From Eledone cirrhosa (lineage: Eukaryota): a stretch of 64,000 nt of DNA. The position numbers and the translations under genes are program-made. This document shows positions 1-13,499 of the stretch, piece by piece. Numbering within the stretch: position 1 is the stretch's first letter; each line of letters starts with the position of its first letter. The stretch is from the NCBI GenBank assembly GCA_964016885.1, contig OZ024740.1, positions 257,424,001-257,488,000 on the forward strand, written 5' to 3'. The notes below the pieces were generated by a model. The model searched no databases. It had not been told where the DNA came from and saw nothing but the letters and a program-made list of their open reading frames with translations.

Positions 1-75
1 AGCAACGTGAAATAAAGTGTCTTGCTCAAGGACATAACGCATCGCCTGGTTCAGGAATCGAACTCACAACCTCAC
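1..75 (-). mobile_element. tRNA-derived SINE head fragment (CORE-SINE-like), ending in a fold-back
   Basis: Minus strand reads GAGTTCGATTCC (Pol III B-box), then CCTTGAGCAAGACACTTTATTTCACGTTGCT; a similar, more decayed copy lies at 54470-54605. Confidence 0.65.
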
Positions 76-570
76 GAGTTCGATTCCTGAACCAGGCGAT
101 GTTACAGTTACATATACAGACACATATATACGTACATTCAAGAATATTATATTCTTTAATACAAATATGTATATTCCTTCATCCGTCCTCACCTACACAT
201 GTATAGACACATACATCCACACTTGCTCTTACAATCATGTATGCAGACAATCATACACATATAATTACACACAGGTCCACTTTGCGGCTACTTTCAAACA
301 GACATTCTCACAGATAAATATATTTTTGTTACATACATATACACATATACAGGCACTAATAGAAGTACACACAGAGAGACGCACACATTTACTGATAATG
401 ATATATACAGACACTTGCATCCACGCACTACATCCATAAACAGTCACAAAAACATGACCTTGAAAACGTCATACACATTAAAACACTCCATTGTGACACA
501 TGTAAGTTTGTATGTTTTCATATACATACACGTTCAAAGACATTCAGATTTCTTTTCTAATGACACATAA

Positions 571-580
571 CTCTCTCTGT

Positions 581-616
<36 letters not shown>

Positions 617-639
617 ACTCTTTCTCTCTCTCTCACTCA

Positions 640-675
<36 letters not shown>
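571..675. repeat. (CT)n microsatellite
   Basis: Direct reading. Confidence 0.95.
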
Positions 676-678
<3 letters not shown>

Positions 679-2522
679 TATCTCTTACGTATATACATAT
701 ATGTATACACACGCACATATATACAAACATCCATAAAGAAACATAGAGAGACAGATTTAAAAACACGTGTGCTCTGACTTGTACTTACACACACGCACAA
801 ATAAATACACAAGCATAGACACATTCATACTCAAGTACCTATAAAACAGTATGGAACTACACAAATTAATATTCACTTAAACACACACTCACACACACAC
901 ATATATAAACATACATACATACACGCACACTTATATATACATATATATATAAACTTACATACATATAAAAGCGCATGTAAATATAGACATATTCACGCAC
1001 ACAAACTATCCACATACACATTGACAAAATTACATAAGCAGCTACCAAATTATAGAAATAATCATATTCGCTCGCTAACACATACACGAACATGCACCAG
1101 CCAGGCATACGCACGGATTCATTACACACACATTAACAAACTGTGTTGAAATATCCACAACCACACATATATACCGTTATAGACACACCCATAAATCCAC
1201 TTATACGAATATGTCTCATATGGAATTAGGGTATAGAATCCCTCAATTGTTCCTTATTTATAAGAATTTAACATGATGTTCCTGTGGGAACGTTGTTTTA
1301 CTCTGGCACACACGATTAAACATATGTGGAAACCTTGTTATATAATATATTGGCCCACACGTTCAGACATAATCCACTTCATGTTTTCCTAGCTGGGAAT
1401 AAAGTAATGAAATGAAATAATATCATAATATATTTGCCGACCATTTGAAAATTCCACGGATTAAAAACAACCAGTAAATATTTAAAGATCAATATGACAT
1501 TGCAACTGTTTTATTTGTGAGTTATATATACGCGCAAATAATATATACAGTATTTAATTACATATATACAAAACAACAACAATAATCGAATTAATTCAAT
1601 ACGTGTCTGAAACAACTAAAATAAAATATGTTATATTCATTTTCACCACAGCCGCTTTTTCTAACGTTCCCTCTCCTCTTAGGCTCAATACGATGCGTGA
1701 AAGAGAAACACATGACACAATATGACGAGAATCGAACACATAACTCTTTAATTACAAGAAGCACTAATATAGACCTCCTTACGAGCTTCACACATGTCCT
1801 CCCCTTTACGACCGGTGATGTATACACACATTTAGCTCCCGTGTTACGCTTCTGGATCAGGTGGACATCGCTTCCGAGTCATGCTTCTGTCTATGCTCGC
1901 AAGGACAAGATCCGGGTGAAGCTTAGACAAGTCATGGCAATGCTGTGTAGTAAGAAAGCTACAGCGTTTTAGGTCCTTTGCTGTAACTTCAAAGCTGGAC
2001 ATTGGGTAGTTAGACATTTATATATATTGAGAGGCAGTAAAGAAAAGGAATTTTAATATTTCAACTATTTAGTATCCACATCAACACAATATCTTTCAAT
2101 TCACATCATACCCTCTTAACAAAAGGAAGGAAGTATTGGGTTATATAGTCCTAGATAAACAAAAAGACCAAATACGACTGGAGTGCCTTGTCATCATAGG
2201 TCAGTTGGATCAAAATAGACATTGCAGGAAACTATTGAAAAATACATTCTTCGAAAATACAAAACGGCCTTATCATCATATCACATTAAAAATTAATTTC
2301 TTTACTCAAGTGATGCAAATCTTCATGACAATCGATCTTGCTTTCTCTAGCACCGTTACCCCTAAGGGATTTGTAGGGATGCCATATTGACTTACGACCT
2401 TTCTATGGCATGTTAAACCTGACGGAACCCATCTCCTCTTCAGGTCTGAATACAGCAGATTTCTTCCAAAGAAGGATAGAGTTTGATAGAATGGTAGTGA
2501 GAAAGAGATATAGAGTAAGAAT

Positions 2523-2663
2523 TGGTACATTTTTTTACCCACCTCAAATGGATGAAAGGCAAAGTTAACCTAGGCGCGATTTGAACTCAGAGAGCAGATA
2601 GCCGAAACGAATACCGCAAAGCATTCTATCTGTTGGTCTAACCTCTCTGCCATTTCGCTGCCT
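2523..2663 (-). mobile_element. Degenerate copy of the dominant tRNA-SINE family
   Basis: GGATGAAAGGCAAAGTTAACCT...GATTTGAACTCAG is the reverse complement of the family core and B-box. Confidence 0.7.
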
Positions 2664-2983
2664 TTTACAACAACCCTCCCCTTTGTACAGATAATATAAA
2701 TATTTGATTTAACAAGCCCGGGTTTAGATAAGTCTCTGTTAAATCATAACAAGATTTTAGAGTTCAACAGTAACAACTACAAAGTGAGAGTATGATACAA
2801 AATTTAGTGTAGATATTTCTGTAATTCAGTGGCAAAAATACATTTAAGATTAATCGTATTGACACAAAGTAGTAGTGAAGAACTGTTTCACTAAAATCCC
2901 AAATCACTTTCTAAACATGTGAAGGTGATTCTGTAAAATATTCTAGCCACACAGAAGCATCCAAATTCTTAACTATATATTTA

Positions 2984-3405
2984 CTAGTAGTAGCCCAGAT
3001 TTTACTTACGACATGCAGAAAAAAAAACACACACACCGTTTTTCCCCACACCTGTTTACAGACTTACACTTAAATTTCCCGCATTTTCAGGTGAGAACAG
3101 TCTCTACCTATCTATATATTTTTCACATACCCACTCTCTCTTTTACAGTATTTCTCTCTCAATAATAACAACAAGAACATGATATAGTAAAAGTGTTTAT
3201 TGTTTTGCGTTGTCAAAATGTTGAAGGACAAATAGAATCACCCCCACAAAAAAAAACAACAACCAAAGAAGCTCTGTATTTTCATTTGTTCTTACGTCAC
3301 AATATAGCTAGTTAGAAAGCGGGGGGAGTGGAGTATTATTTCCCTTCCTCTATATAGAGAGCGTGAAGGAAGGCCTGACCGACACGGCTCTTATCAAAAT
3401 ATAGA
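2984..3405 (-). mobile_element. Possible non-autonomous Helitron-like element
   Basis: Minus strand begins A|TCTATATTTTGATAAGAG and ends CTAG|T; an AGGGAAATAA motif is shared with the element at 43526-44747; 3' hairpin is degenerate. Confidence 0.4.
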
Positions 3406-4516
3406 TTCATTTATAGTTTTGGTGTCAAAAATTGAGATTCGACGATTGACACAATTTCACTAAAATAAACGATAAATATAAATTGTAATTAACTGTGTGA
3501 GCTTTTGAATTGCTAAAATATCTCAACACGGGTCTCAGATCAAATCACTTATCAAGCAAATACAACTCCAAAATTCAAACCATATAGTCTATATATCGCT
3601 GTTCTTTGCTTTCGGTTAATAACATTCGTATATTTTCATTGCTCTCACACATTCCCCCACCTCAGTGTCTTAAAATATATTAAAAGAATTAGGAAAACGA
3701 GTGAATGTCGTAGAAAAATAAAGTGGAAATACAATTGATTCTAGGAGAAGGTAAATTGTTATGATATATAGAATAAAAATGAAAACATTTAAATGTGTGC
3801 GGTTGGAATTTGACCTTAGTATCCAATGACGGGTGCACAACTTGATCGAACAACCAAAAATCTATTCATGAAATAAACGTGGTTCACCTCACTTCTGCCA
3901 GCTAAGCAGACTGTAGTAATTGAAATAAATTACCTTGAATCTACCTCAAGACTTTGCAACCACGACTCGAATACCCGAAGAAGTAATACACGCGCTTTCA
4001 CGTTAATCAAACTTTTATACACGTGTTCACGGCACCCACACATTCACCAACCACGTTATGTGTGAATGACAGAATTAGACAGCGAAGGAATATAGCCGAA
4101 AGATAAATAAATAAATAATGGATTGTAAGAAATAGAAAACAAAAATAACACGACAGGGAATAAAAGGGAAAAATATAAGCCTGTTCTTTAATTATTTGGA
4201 GAAATTTAGGCGACATTGTTAGATTTGGAACTGGTAAGAACAGTTGTTTCTTTTATAGGATTCCCTCATGTAACTAAATCCGTCAGCTAAACATCGTTGC
4301 AAGAGTTTTTATGCTAACTTTGCCCAAAAGCCGTATAATACACAGAGAATGGTTTCCCTACGAAACAATGTACGTATTATTCGACAGCTTATTTTGTTTC
4401 TGCGTTTGTATTCATTTTTGTGTAAGTGGATATACATGTGGGTGTTTGTTTCTGTTTTTGATTGTGTGTATGTGTGAGTGTGTGTGCTGCTAATACTTCT
4501 GTTGTTGATGGCGTTG

Positions 4517-4519
<3 letters not shown>

Positions 4520-4597
<78 letters not shown>

Positions 4598-4878
4598 CAT
4601 TCATTTATATATATATATATATATATGTGTGTGTATGTATTTATGTATGTTTGTATGTATATGTATGTATGTATGTATGTTTGTATGTTTGTATGTATAT
4701 GTATGTATGTATATGTATGTATATATATATATGTATATATATGTATATATATATATGTATGTATGTATATATATATGTATATATATGTATATATATATAT
4801 GTATGTATTTATGTATGTATGTATATATGTATATATGTATGTATGTATGTATGTATATATATGTATATATATGTATGT
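4520..4878. repeat. (CA)n, (TA)n and (TATG)n compound microsatellite
   Basis: Direct reading. Confidence 0.95.
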
Positions 4879-5485
4879 CAGGTAACAGATGATGCTACTG
4901 GTTACATGTATCCCAGTACAACCTGTCTCATGGTCGGGCCGTTGCCGACTAAACTGGAAACCCCACCAAGGTTTCTTGGTGAGGAGGGTGACTTTGAACA
5001 TCCTGCAGGACTAAAAACAAAACCTTTCAAATGGAACAGGAGCTCTTAAGAGTCAATGGCCATCCAAAATCACCGGGAGAGATGACCCCTTAGCCTTTGT
5101 GAAGGCAGAAATGTAGGAGAAGGAAAACTCTGATATAACACCTGCAACCCTGATGGTATCCAATGATGTTGACTTGTTATTCTTTTTGGTAAATATCATC
5201 TTGGTTAAGAGAGTGGGACTGGCTTTGTGCAGTGCCTTTGCTCACTATAAAAGCTTCACAGCACAGACATTGCTTTATATCTGGAGATCTCTCTGCACTT
5301 CTCGTCACATGGTACCATGGGCCCAGCACTATGTGTCAATTATTGTTACAAGTGTCGTGTTTGTACCAGAATTTTCAAGTCGCTGGCTGGACTAAAAAGT
5401 CACACCCGTTGAGTGCATCGGTAGGGGTTCTCCTACATGGATATAAGGTAGTGGCCGTACTCGAAAACGAGTTGGCAGCCACCAT
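4879..5485 (+). mobile_element. Non-coding ~600 bp interspersed repeat with RTE-LINE 5'UTR-like motif (copy 1)
   Basis: Homologous to 6445-6972 and 38710-39083; contains TAGGAGAAGGAAAACTCTGATATAACACC, resembling RTE 5'UTRs. Confidence 0.65.
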
Positions 5486-5711
5486 ATATGTATATATATA
5501 TATGTATATATATATATATGTATGAATATATATGTATGTATATGTATATATGTATGTATGTATGTATATGTATGTATGTATGTGTATACCATATATATAT
5601 ATATGGTATACACATACATACATACATATACATACATACATACATATATACATACATATATATTCATACATATATATATATATACATATATATACATATG
5701 TATATGTACAT

Positions 5712-5742
<31 letters not shown>

Positions 5743-5802
5743 ATGTATGTATGTATATGCCCCTATATATATATATATATATATGTATATGTATGTATAT
5801 AC

Positions 5803-5861
<59 letters not shown>

Positions 5862-6111
5862 ATACCATATATATATATATGTATGTATGTATATACCATA
5901 TATATATATATATATGTATGTATGTATGTATATGCCATATATATATATATATGTATGTATGTATGTATATACCATATATATATGTATGTATATACCATAT
6001 ATATACATATGTATATATATATATGTATGTATGTATATACCATATATATATATATGTATATATATATATGTATGTATGTATATACCATATATATATATAT
6101 ATATGTATATA

Positions 6112-6157
<46 letters not shown>

Positions 6158-6238
6158 GTATGTATATACCATATATATATGTATGTATGTATGTAGGTAT
6201 ATACCATATATATATATGTATGAATGTATGTATATACC

Positions 6239-6270
<32 letters not shown>

Positions 6271-6386
6271 GTATATACCATATATATATATATATATATG
6301 TCTGTATGTATGTATATACCACATATATATATATATATATATGTGTATGTATGTATAATATATATATATATATATGTATGTATATA

Positions 6387-6421
<35 letters not shown>

Positions 6422-6443
6422 GGTATGTATGAATGTATATACC
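5486..6443. repeat. Compound (TA)n/(TATG)n array with recurring TATACCATATA units
   Basis: Direct reading. Confidence 0.95.
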
Positions 6444-6444
6444 A

Positions 6445-6972
6445 TCTTGAGTACTACTGGTAACATGTAACCCAGTACAACCTGTCGCATGGTCGGGTCG
6501 TCGGCGACTAAACCGGCAACCCCACCAAGTTTACTTGGAGAGGAGGGTGATTTTGGACACCGTGCAGGACAAAAAACAAAACCTGACAAAGGGCGGAAGA
6601 ACTCATAAGAGTCAACGGCCATCCAAAAGTGTGTAAATATGTATATAGACATGTACTGCGCAGTTAAACCACTGGGAGTGAAGGACCCCTAGCCTTTGTC
6701 GGGGCATTCTTCTAGGGGAAGGCAACGCAGGAAACTGGGATAACTCCGATATAAAACCTGCGGCTCAGTAGTTACCGATGATGTTGATCTTTTCTTCTCT
6801 TCGGGTTATAGCTACTGTCGCTCAGAGAGTGGGATTGGCTCAGTGCACATTCTTTCCTCACTTTAAAAAATATCTTCACGCCCAGGCATTGCACGATAGA
6901 ATTAATTAATAATTATTAATAATGGTATATAGTGCAATGGCCATACTCGATAACGAGGGGGGGGGCATCATA
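6445..6972 (+). mobile_element. RTE-5'UTR-like non-coding repeat (copy 2)
   Basis: Colinear with 4895-5485; its 3' ~375 bp are near-identical to the reverse complement of 38710-39083. Confidence 0.7.
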
Positions 6973-7685
<713 letters not shown>

Positions 7686-7903
7686 TATTGTAATAATTTT
7701 GCTAGAATTAATAACAGAACACACTCAGTGTTTAGTTGGTTTTCGCTTCTGTATCTTTTATATCAGTTAATTTATTCAATGTTTACCTCCTCAAGTATAA
7801 CAATATTTGTTTCGACACACGATTTCATATAAAAAACCTAGCAAAAACAAAATATATATATATATGCATAAGGAAAGTGTTCAATCATCTGGCAGGAAGG
7901 TAT

Positions 7904-7945
7904 ACGGTGTGACGATAGGTAATAAGCTTGAAACTAGTACGTTGT
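7904..7945 (+). ncRNA. Type I hammerhead ribozyme, degenerate (C of CUGA missing)
   Basis: ACGGTG-TGACGA-TAGGTAATAAGCTT-GAAACTAGTA-CGTTGT. Confidence 0.55.
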
Positions 7946-8329
7946 TCCTTTGTCAGTGTTGAACAAAAGGGCAACGATGGTTGCTAAACACTGTACGGCT
8001 TAATTTGGGATGTTTGTTTACAAACATCCGAGCATTATAATAAATTTTCGGCAAAACCATACGTACATATATATATGTGTGCATGTATGTATATATATAT
8101 ATACTTCTGTAAGTCTGTATACATATATGTATGTACTTATACATACTTATATTTAAGTAACAGCCATACTAAGATTGAGAAATGAAATTTTGTTTCATTT
8201 TTTCCATTTATCGTTCTCGGTGCGCCCGGCCGATTAACTCACTCGATATGCAAATTAGGCTGCTCAGCCGTTAATATGGATGAGGAAAATATATACTTTC
8301 AGGTGTTCAATCATCTGGCAAGAAGGTAT

Positions 8330-8372
8330 ACGGTGCTGACGATAGCTAATAAGCTTGAAACTAGTTCGTCGT
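8330..8372 (+). ncRNA. Type I hammerhead ribozyme with minimal palindromic stem III
   Basis: Stem I ACGGTG/CGTCGT; CTGACGA; stem II AGCT-aata-AGCT; GAAA; ACTAGT palindrome; predicted GUU cut after 8366. Confidence 0.8.
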
Positions 8373-8754
8373 TACTTTGTCAGCTTTGAACAAAAGGGCA
8401 ACGATGGTTGCTAAACACTGTACGGCTTAATTTGGGATGTTTGTTTACAAACATCCGAGCATTATAATAAATTTTCGGCAAAACCATACGTACATATATA
8501 TATGTGTGCATGTATGTATATATATATACTTCTGTAAGTCTGTATACATATATGTATGTACTTATACATACTTATATTTAAGTAGCAGCCGTACTAAGAT
8601 TGAGAAATGAAATTTTGTTTCATTTTTTCCATTTATCGTTCTCGGTGCGCCCGGCCGATTAACTCACTCGATATGCAAATTAGGCTGCTCAGCCGTTAAT
8701 ATGGATGAGGAAAATATATACTTTCAGGTGTTCAATCATCTGGAAAGAAGGTAT

Positions 8755-8797
8755 ACGGTGCTGACGATAGCTAATAAGCTTGAAACTAGTTCGTCGT
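8755..8797 (+). ncRNA. Type I hammerhead ribozyme (third unit)
   Basis: Identical to 8330-8372; predicted cut after 8791. Confidence 0.8.
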
Positions 8798-9114
8798 TAC
8801 TTTGTCAGCTTTGAACAAAAGGGCAACGATGGTTGCTAAACACTGTACGGCTTAATTTGGGATGTTTGTTTACAAACAAACCGAGCATTATAATAAATGT
8901 TCGGTAAATCCATACGTACATATATATATATATATGTGTGCATGTATGTATATATATATATATATATTCTACTGTACGTCTGTATACATATATGTATGTA
9001 CGTATTCATACTTATATCTAAGTAACAGCCGTACATAAGAGTGAGAAATGAAATTTCGTTTCATTTTTTCCATTTATATATATATGTATAAACATCTATA
9101 TATATAAATATATA

Positions 9115-9382
9115 ATGAAGGAGTTGTGGTAAGGAACCAGATGGACCATAACGCACCAGAGTACTCAATACTTAGGGTAGTAGAGTTGGTAATAGGAGAA
9201 ATAATTACCCCGACGGCAGAGCTCGAGCCGTTTCAACGGCTATTTCTGAGTATTCTTAGTGTAAAGTGATAATTTTTTTAGTCTAAAAAAATTTTTTAGA
9301 CTAAAAAAGCTCTTACTTTAGTCCAGAAATAGCCGTCGAAACGGCTTGAGCCCTGTCGTCGGGGTCATACTTCATCCTATAT
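9115..9382. mobile_element. Fold-back element in (TA)n carrying inverted 3' halves of a hammerhead
   Basis: Inverted arms 9207-9248/9324-9365; the AGAGTACTCAATAC end motif has close matches near 18220, 42031 and 49753. Confidence 0.6.
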
Positions 9383-9439
9383 AAATATATATATATATAC
9401 ATATTATATTATTATTATATACATATTATATTATTATTT

Positions 9440-9630
9440 GTCTGACCCGAATTTTCCTGGTCGTTTTTTTCGGCTGCACGAGTGATTTTAAGCATTGTCT
9501 CCGTGTGTTGGTATTTAAACGATAGTTATAGCTCTGGTTTCTCCAAACTATTGAGCCCTTTGCCACACATTTCGAAGATTGTGTTTCGTTATTTCGTGGG
9601 CCGAAATTCCGATTCTCGATAATTTATTTG
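9440..9630 (+). repeat. Unclassified interspersed repeat, homologous (inverted) to 33990-34180
   Basis: Shared GGTATTT(T/A)AACGATAGTTATAGCTCTG core and colinear flanks. Confidence 0.7.
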
Positions 9631-10187
9631 TATTTTTATACATATATATATATATATATATATATAGTCAACTTGTTTTCGTTAATGAACAAACTTGAAG
9701 TAAATCATAGAAATACAAAATACTTTCTTCACAATGGTACAAACTGATTTCAATTATTAGTCACATAAATCTTCAATTCACCACAAACAATGTATATCAG
9801 CGAACCTTAATTTGTGAAATATGTCTCACGCCATGTATTTGTTATTGTGATTTAACGGTCTAAGTCGTGAACGGGAGATTAATTAACTGAAGTTTTATTT
9901 CTATCCCGTGTTAAATTGTAACCAGCAGACAAATTTACGTCTGAAATATGTAATCAATTAACATGTAATCAAGTTTAAATGTAACTAGTTAAGTTTAAGA
10001 GATAATTAACTAAGAGAATTCACAATGTACATATAACAATGTACATATAACTAAAAATCAGGCCAGTTAAGCTATGAAAAGCGTATAAAAATCATATATG
10101 TATATATGTATCGATATAAAAAATTGGGATGCTGTCCGGTTAAATTAAAGGTCCTCATGAATATGAGAAAGGTAATATATATATATG

Positions 10188-10243
10188 CGGTGCCCCAGCA
10201 TGGCCTCAGCTGGATGGCTGGAACAGGTAAAAGAGTAAAAGTG
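10188..10243 (+). mobile_element. SINE/LINE 3' tail fragment
   Basis: GCGGTGCCCCAGCATGGCC...GGAACAGGTAAAAGAGTAAAAG; inverted copy at 16560-16620. Confidence 0.55.
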
Positions 10244-11092
10244 TATATTTATCAATATCTTCCCAGTAAAAGAGTATATATATCAATATATTTCCAGAGC
10301 TCCTATTACCAATATTTAGTTAAACATTTATATGGTCATAATTGTAATTAAATTTAAATTAGGTTATCACAGCTTCCTCATAATCAATATGTCATTGCCT
10401 CTTGTATTTAGATTGTTATGCAGTAAAATTACTTAATTAAATATAGAAATATATTGAGTATTATATTAATTAGTCAATATCAAGTATAGTCATAATTTCT
10501 AAAACTACAGAATAGAGTTGCGAATGTGCTGTGTCATACGGTATATAGAGCAAGTAACTAAATATATTTAACTTCTGAATAATATCTGTACTATTGATTC
10601 TGGATTCATAGGACATAACTTACTGTTATATAAAAGCGTAAGGCTAGAAGAAACATATATAACACTAGACCCATGATTATTGCTGCGAACATTAACAATC
10701 ATTTAGTTCATCAAAAGTAATAGAATGGATACTTTCATTTATACGCAATATACTACAAAACTCGATATGAATGCGGGATTTATGTGGAAATAATTCTCCT
10801 AGTACAGTAGAGCCCCGCAGTACGAGTGCCTTATTGTAGGAGTAATTTACCGTACCAGCCAATCACGTGCGAATTTTTGACTTGTAGTACGAGTGGAAAT
10901 CAGCATTACAAGCGAGTTTCATACAAGTGACCGCTAGTCGACACTGAGCTCGCACGCGATCTGCCAACAAGCGCACCCTCCGCTTGCTCAATTCGCGTGT
11001 TTATCTCGTTGTGACAGCATCCCTATTGTCGTTTTTCCTGTACTTTTTATTAGTTTTGTGCATGTTTTGCTATTATTTTATAATAATTAGCT

Positions 11093-12440
11093 GTGATAGC
11101 CACGGGTCCTAAGAAGGTTAGTGCAAAGGACAGTGCTGAGAAGAAGAAAAATCTGTTTACGATAGAATTGAAGAAGGATATCATTGATAAACATGAGAGA
11201 GGAATGCGTATAGTGGACATAGCACGTCAAGAAGGCTGGTGTTCATGGCATCGCCAGGCAGAGAGAAGCATTCAGTTCTGATATGAAGGGAGCTGAGTAT
11301 TTCGAGCGTGAATTCCGTCAGCTCATCGAATCCGAGAGGTATATCTCACAACAAGCATTCAGCTGTGTTGAAACTGGCCTATATTGGAAAAAATGCTCAG
11401 AGGAACCCACATACTGCAGAGGAGAAGAAAATGCCAGGCCACAAGCCTATGAAATATAGGCTAACTGACGCAATTTGTGCCAATGTGAGTGGAGACTTAA
11501 AGATTAAGCTTCTCCTTATCTACCATTCCAAAAAGCCACGAGCGTTCAAGTCGCACAAAATCTTGAAGGAGAAGCTGCAAGTAATGTGGAGGCCAAACAT
11601 TAAGGCCTCGATCACCAGGCAATTCATCAACAAGTGGGGTCACCCTTGTCTTCGGACTAGCAGTGAAAAAGTACCTTCTGGCGAACGATCTTTCTCTCAA
11701 GGCCCTCCTTATCCTCGATGATATCCTGGACGAATATAAATTCATTAAAGTTCTGTACCTTTCATCCAACACCACCCCTATCTCGCTCGCAGCCCATGGA
11801 CCAACAGGTAATTTCTAATTTTAAGAAATTGTTCACCGAACACCTCTTTCGTCGGTGATTTGAAGTCACCGAAAATACAAATCTAACCATTCGTGAGTTT
11901 TGCCAGGAGCTCTACGACATTGTTACCTGCCTGAAAATCATCGATATGGCCTGGCAGGGTTTACCGAGGAGAACGCTAAATTCGGCATGGTGGGAGCTGT
12001 GGCCTGACTGCGTGTCCGAAAGAGACGTCGAGGGGTTTAAGTCTGAGTCACCTGTAGGCTAGGTGATAGTGTATCTTGGCATGTCCATGGGCCTCGAGGT
12101 TAGCGGTGGAGACATTAACGATCTCGTCGTGGAACACTCAGAGGAGCTAATGACAGATGAGCTCCTGCAGCTTCAGGAGCAGCAGCATTTGGATGAAGTG
12201 GAAGAGATTGTTTCTCCGGAGGAGGAAATTAGCTGGGAAGACTATCTCTACGAGTGACATAAAGGCAGTAGTGGCCAAGTGACAGGGTGTTTCTGAATTT
12301 GTAGAAAGAAATCATCCTGAAAAAGTATCTACAGGTCGTCTAGCTGCTTTATTTAATGATACAGCTCTGGCGCATTTCCGTAACATTTTGAAAGGCAGAA
12401 CAAAGCAGACTTCGCTTGATATGTTTCTAATGAAATGACC
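11093..12440 (+). pseudogene. Tigger-like DDE transposase, frameshifted and internally deleted
   Basis: GPKKVSAKDSAEKKK..IELKKDIIDKHERG (HTH region); KMPGHKPMK.RLT..CANVSGDLKIKLLLIYHS (DDE_1 region); LGMSMGLEV..DINDLV. Confidence 0.9.
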
Positions 12441-12539
12441 TGCAAGTGAGGAAAGTGACGAATGTATGTTCAAAAAGCCTAAATTAACCGAACTGAGAGA
12501 AAGGGGGCTGGAACGGATTCATTATTTTTTAATTAATTA

Positions 12540-12730
12540 GAGCGATGGATTGGCAGTATCGGTAGAGGGTCGGACGCCATGCTTTCCAGCATAGTTACGT
12601 CCCTTTACGATCTGAGTTCAAATCCCGCCGAGGTTGACTTTGCCTTTCATCCTTACGGGGTCGATAAAATAAAGTACCAGTAATGCACTGGGTAATTGCT
12701 GGCCTTGTGCCTAAAGTAGAAACAATTATT
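12540..12730 (+). mobile_element. Dominant tRNA-SINE family, near full length, inserted in the Tigger
   Basis: A-box-like TGGCAGTATCGG, B-box GAGTTCAAATCC, core GCCTTTCATCCTTACGGGGTCGATAAAATAAAGTACCAG, tail GTGCC.AAAGTAGAAACAATT. Confidence 0.85.
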
Positions 12731-13332
12731 TTTTAATTAATTCGTAATACGAGTAACTAGTAAAACAAACTCGGTCTCGGAACGAATTAAACTCGTACTG
12801 AGAGGTATCACTGTATATATATGCATTTAGTAAGGTTTTCGTTAATCCATATATCTGACATATACATGTCTGCATATAACCGCATATAGACACAACGTGT
12901 CATACACACGGAATCATACAAAGGTACACCCATCACACATGCATTTATGTACGCGTGTACAAGTACGCAGTTGAATACTCGTACTACTCATTATGACCGT
13001 GTTAAGTGTCAGATCCCAGTAACACTGACAGATATAGTGACACGAGAAATTAAGGTTAAGAAATAGTGTGGGTACTCAGTTGGGATGCCCAGTGTGTATG
13101 CTGGTATTAGAAATGATAATAAATTAATATATTATCGGTTTTAACTCTCTTGGCAAGCTCATAATTAAGGCAAATATTCTATGTTAAGAAAATAGCAGAT
13201 TGAGTAGTGAAAGAGTAGGAAACATAAAATGTGATAAGTGGAAATCTTAATAAGATCGTAAACCCTGTTGAAGGAAGAATATGAAAGGCAATGGGGACAA
13301 TTAATAATTAACTCATTCCGATTATTATAAAC

Positions 13333-13490
13333 ACCATGCTTTGCAGTATATAGTTATGGCTCTTTACGTTCCGAGTTCAAATCCCACCGCGGTTAACTTT
13401 TCCGGTTATCCTTACAGGGTCGATAAAACAAAGCACCAGTAATGCACTTGGGTAATTGCTCGCCTTGTGCCAAAAGTAGAAACAATTATT
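13333..13490 (+). mobile_element. Dominant tRNA-SINE copy
   Basis: Same B-box, core and tail. Confidence 0.8.
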
Positions 13491-13499
13491 AGAAGATCT

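Larger units (their letters stand above)
7877..9077 (+). repeat. Tandem array of a ~425 bp hammerhead-bearing monomer (~2.8 copies), retrozyme-like
   Basis: Units start GTGTTCAATCATCTGG at 7877, 8303 and 8728; each has a hammerhead motif; TA-rich flanks. Confidence 0.9.
10805..12813 (+). mobile_element. Tigger/pogo (Tc1-mariner superfamily) DNA transposon
   Basis: Imperfect 23 bp TIRs CAGTAGAGCCCCGCAGTACGAGT / ACTCGTACTGAGAGGTATCACTG, TA on both sides, transposase remnants inside. Confidence 0.9.

Noticed and set aside
4880-4990. Possible HDV-like, pistol or twister ribozyme at the start of the RTE-like repeat
   Set aside because: Hairpins exist, but I could not place the required pseudoknots or core nucleotides
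8290-8322. Possible minus-strand hammerhead in the 425 bp unit (CAGATGA..GAAA)
   Set aside because: Core mismatch and no stem I, II or III pairing
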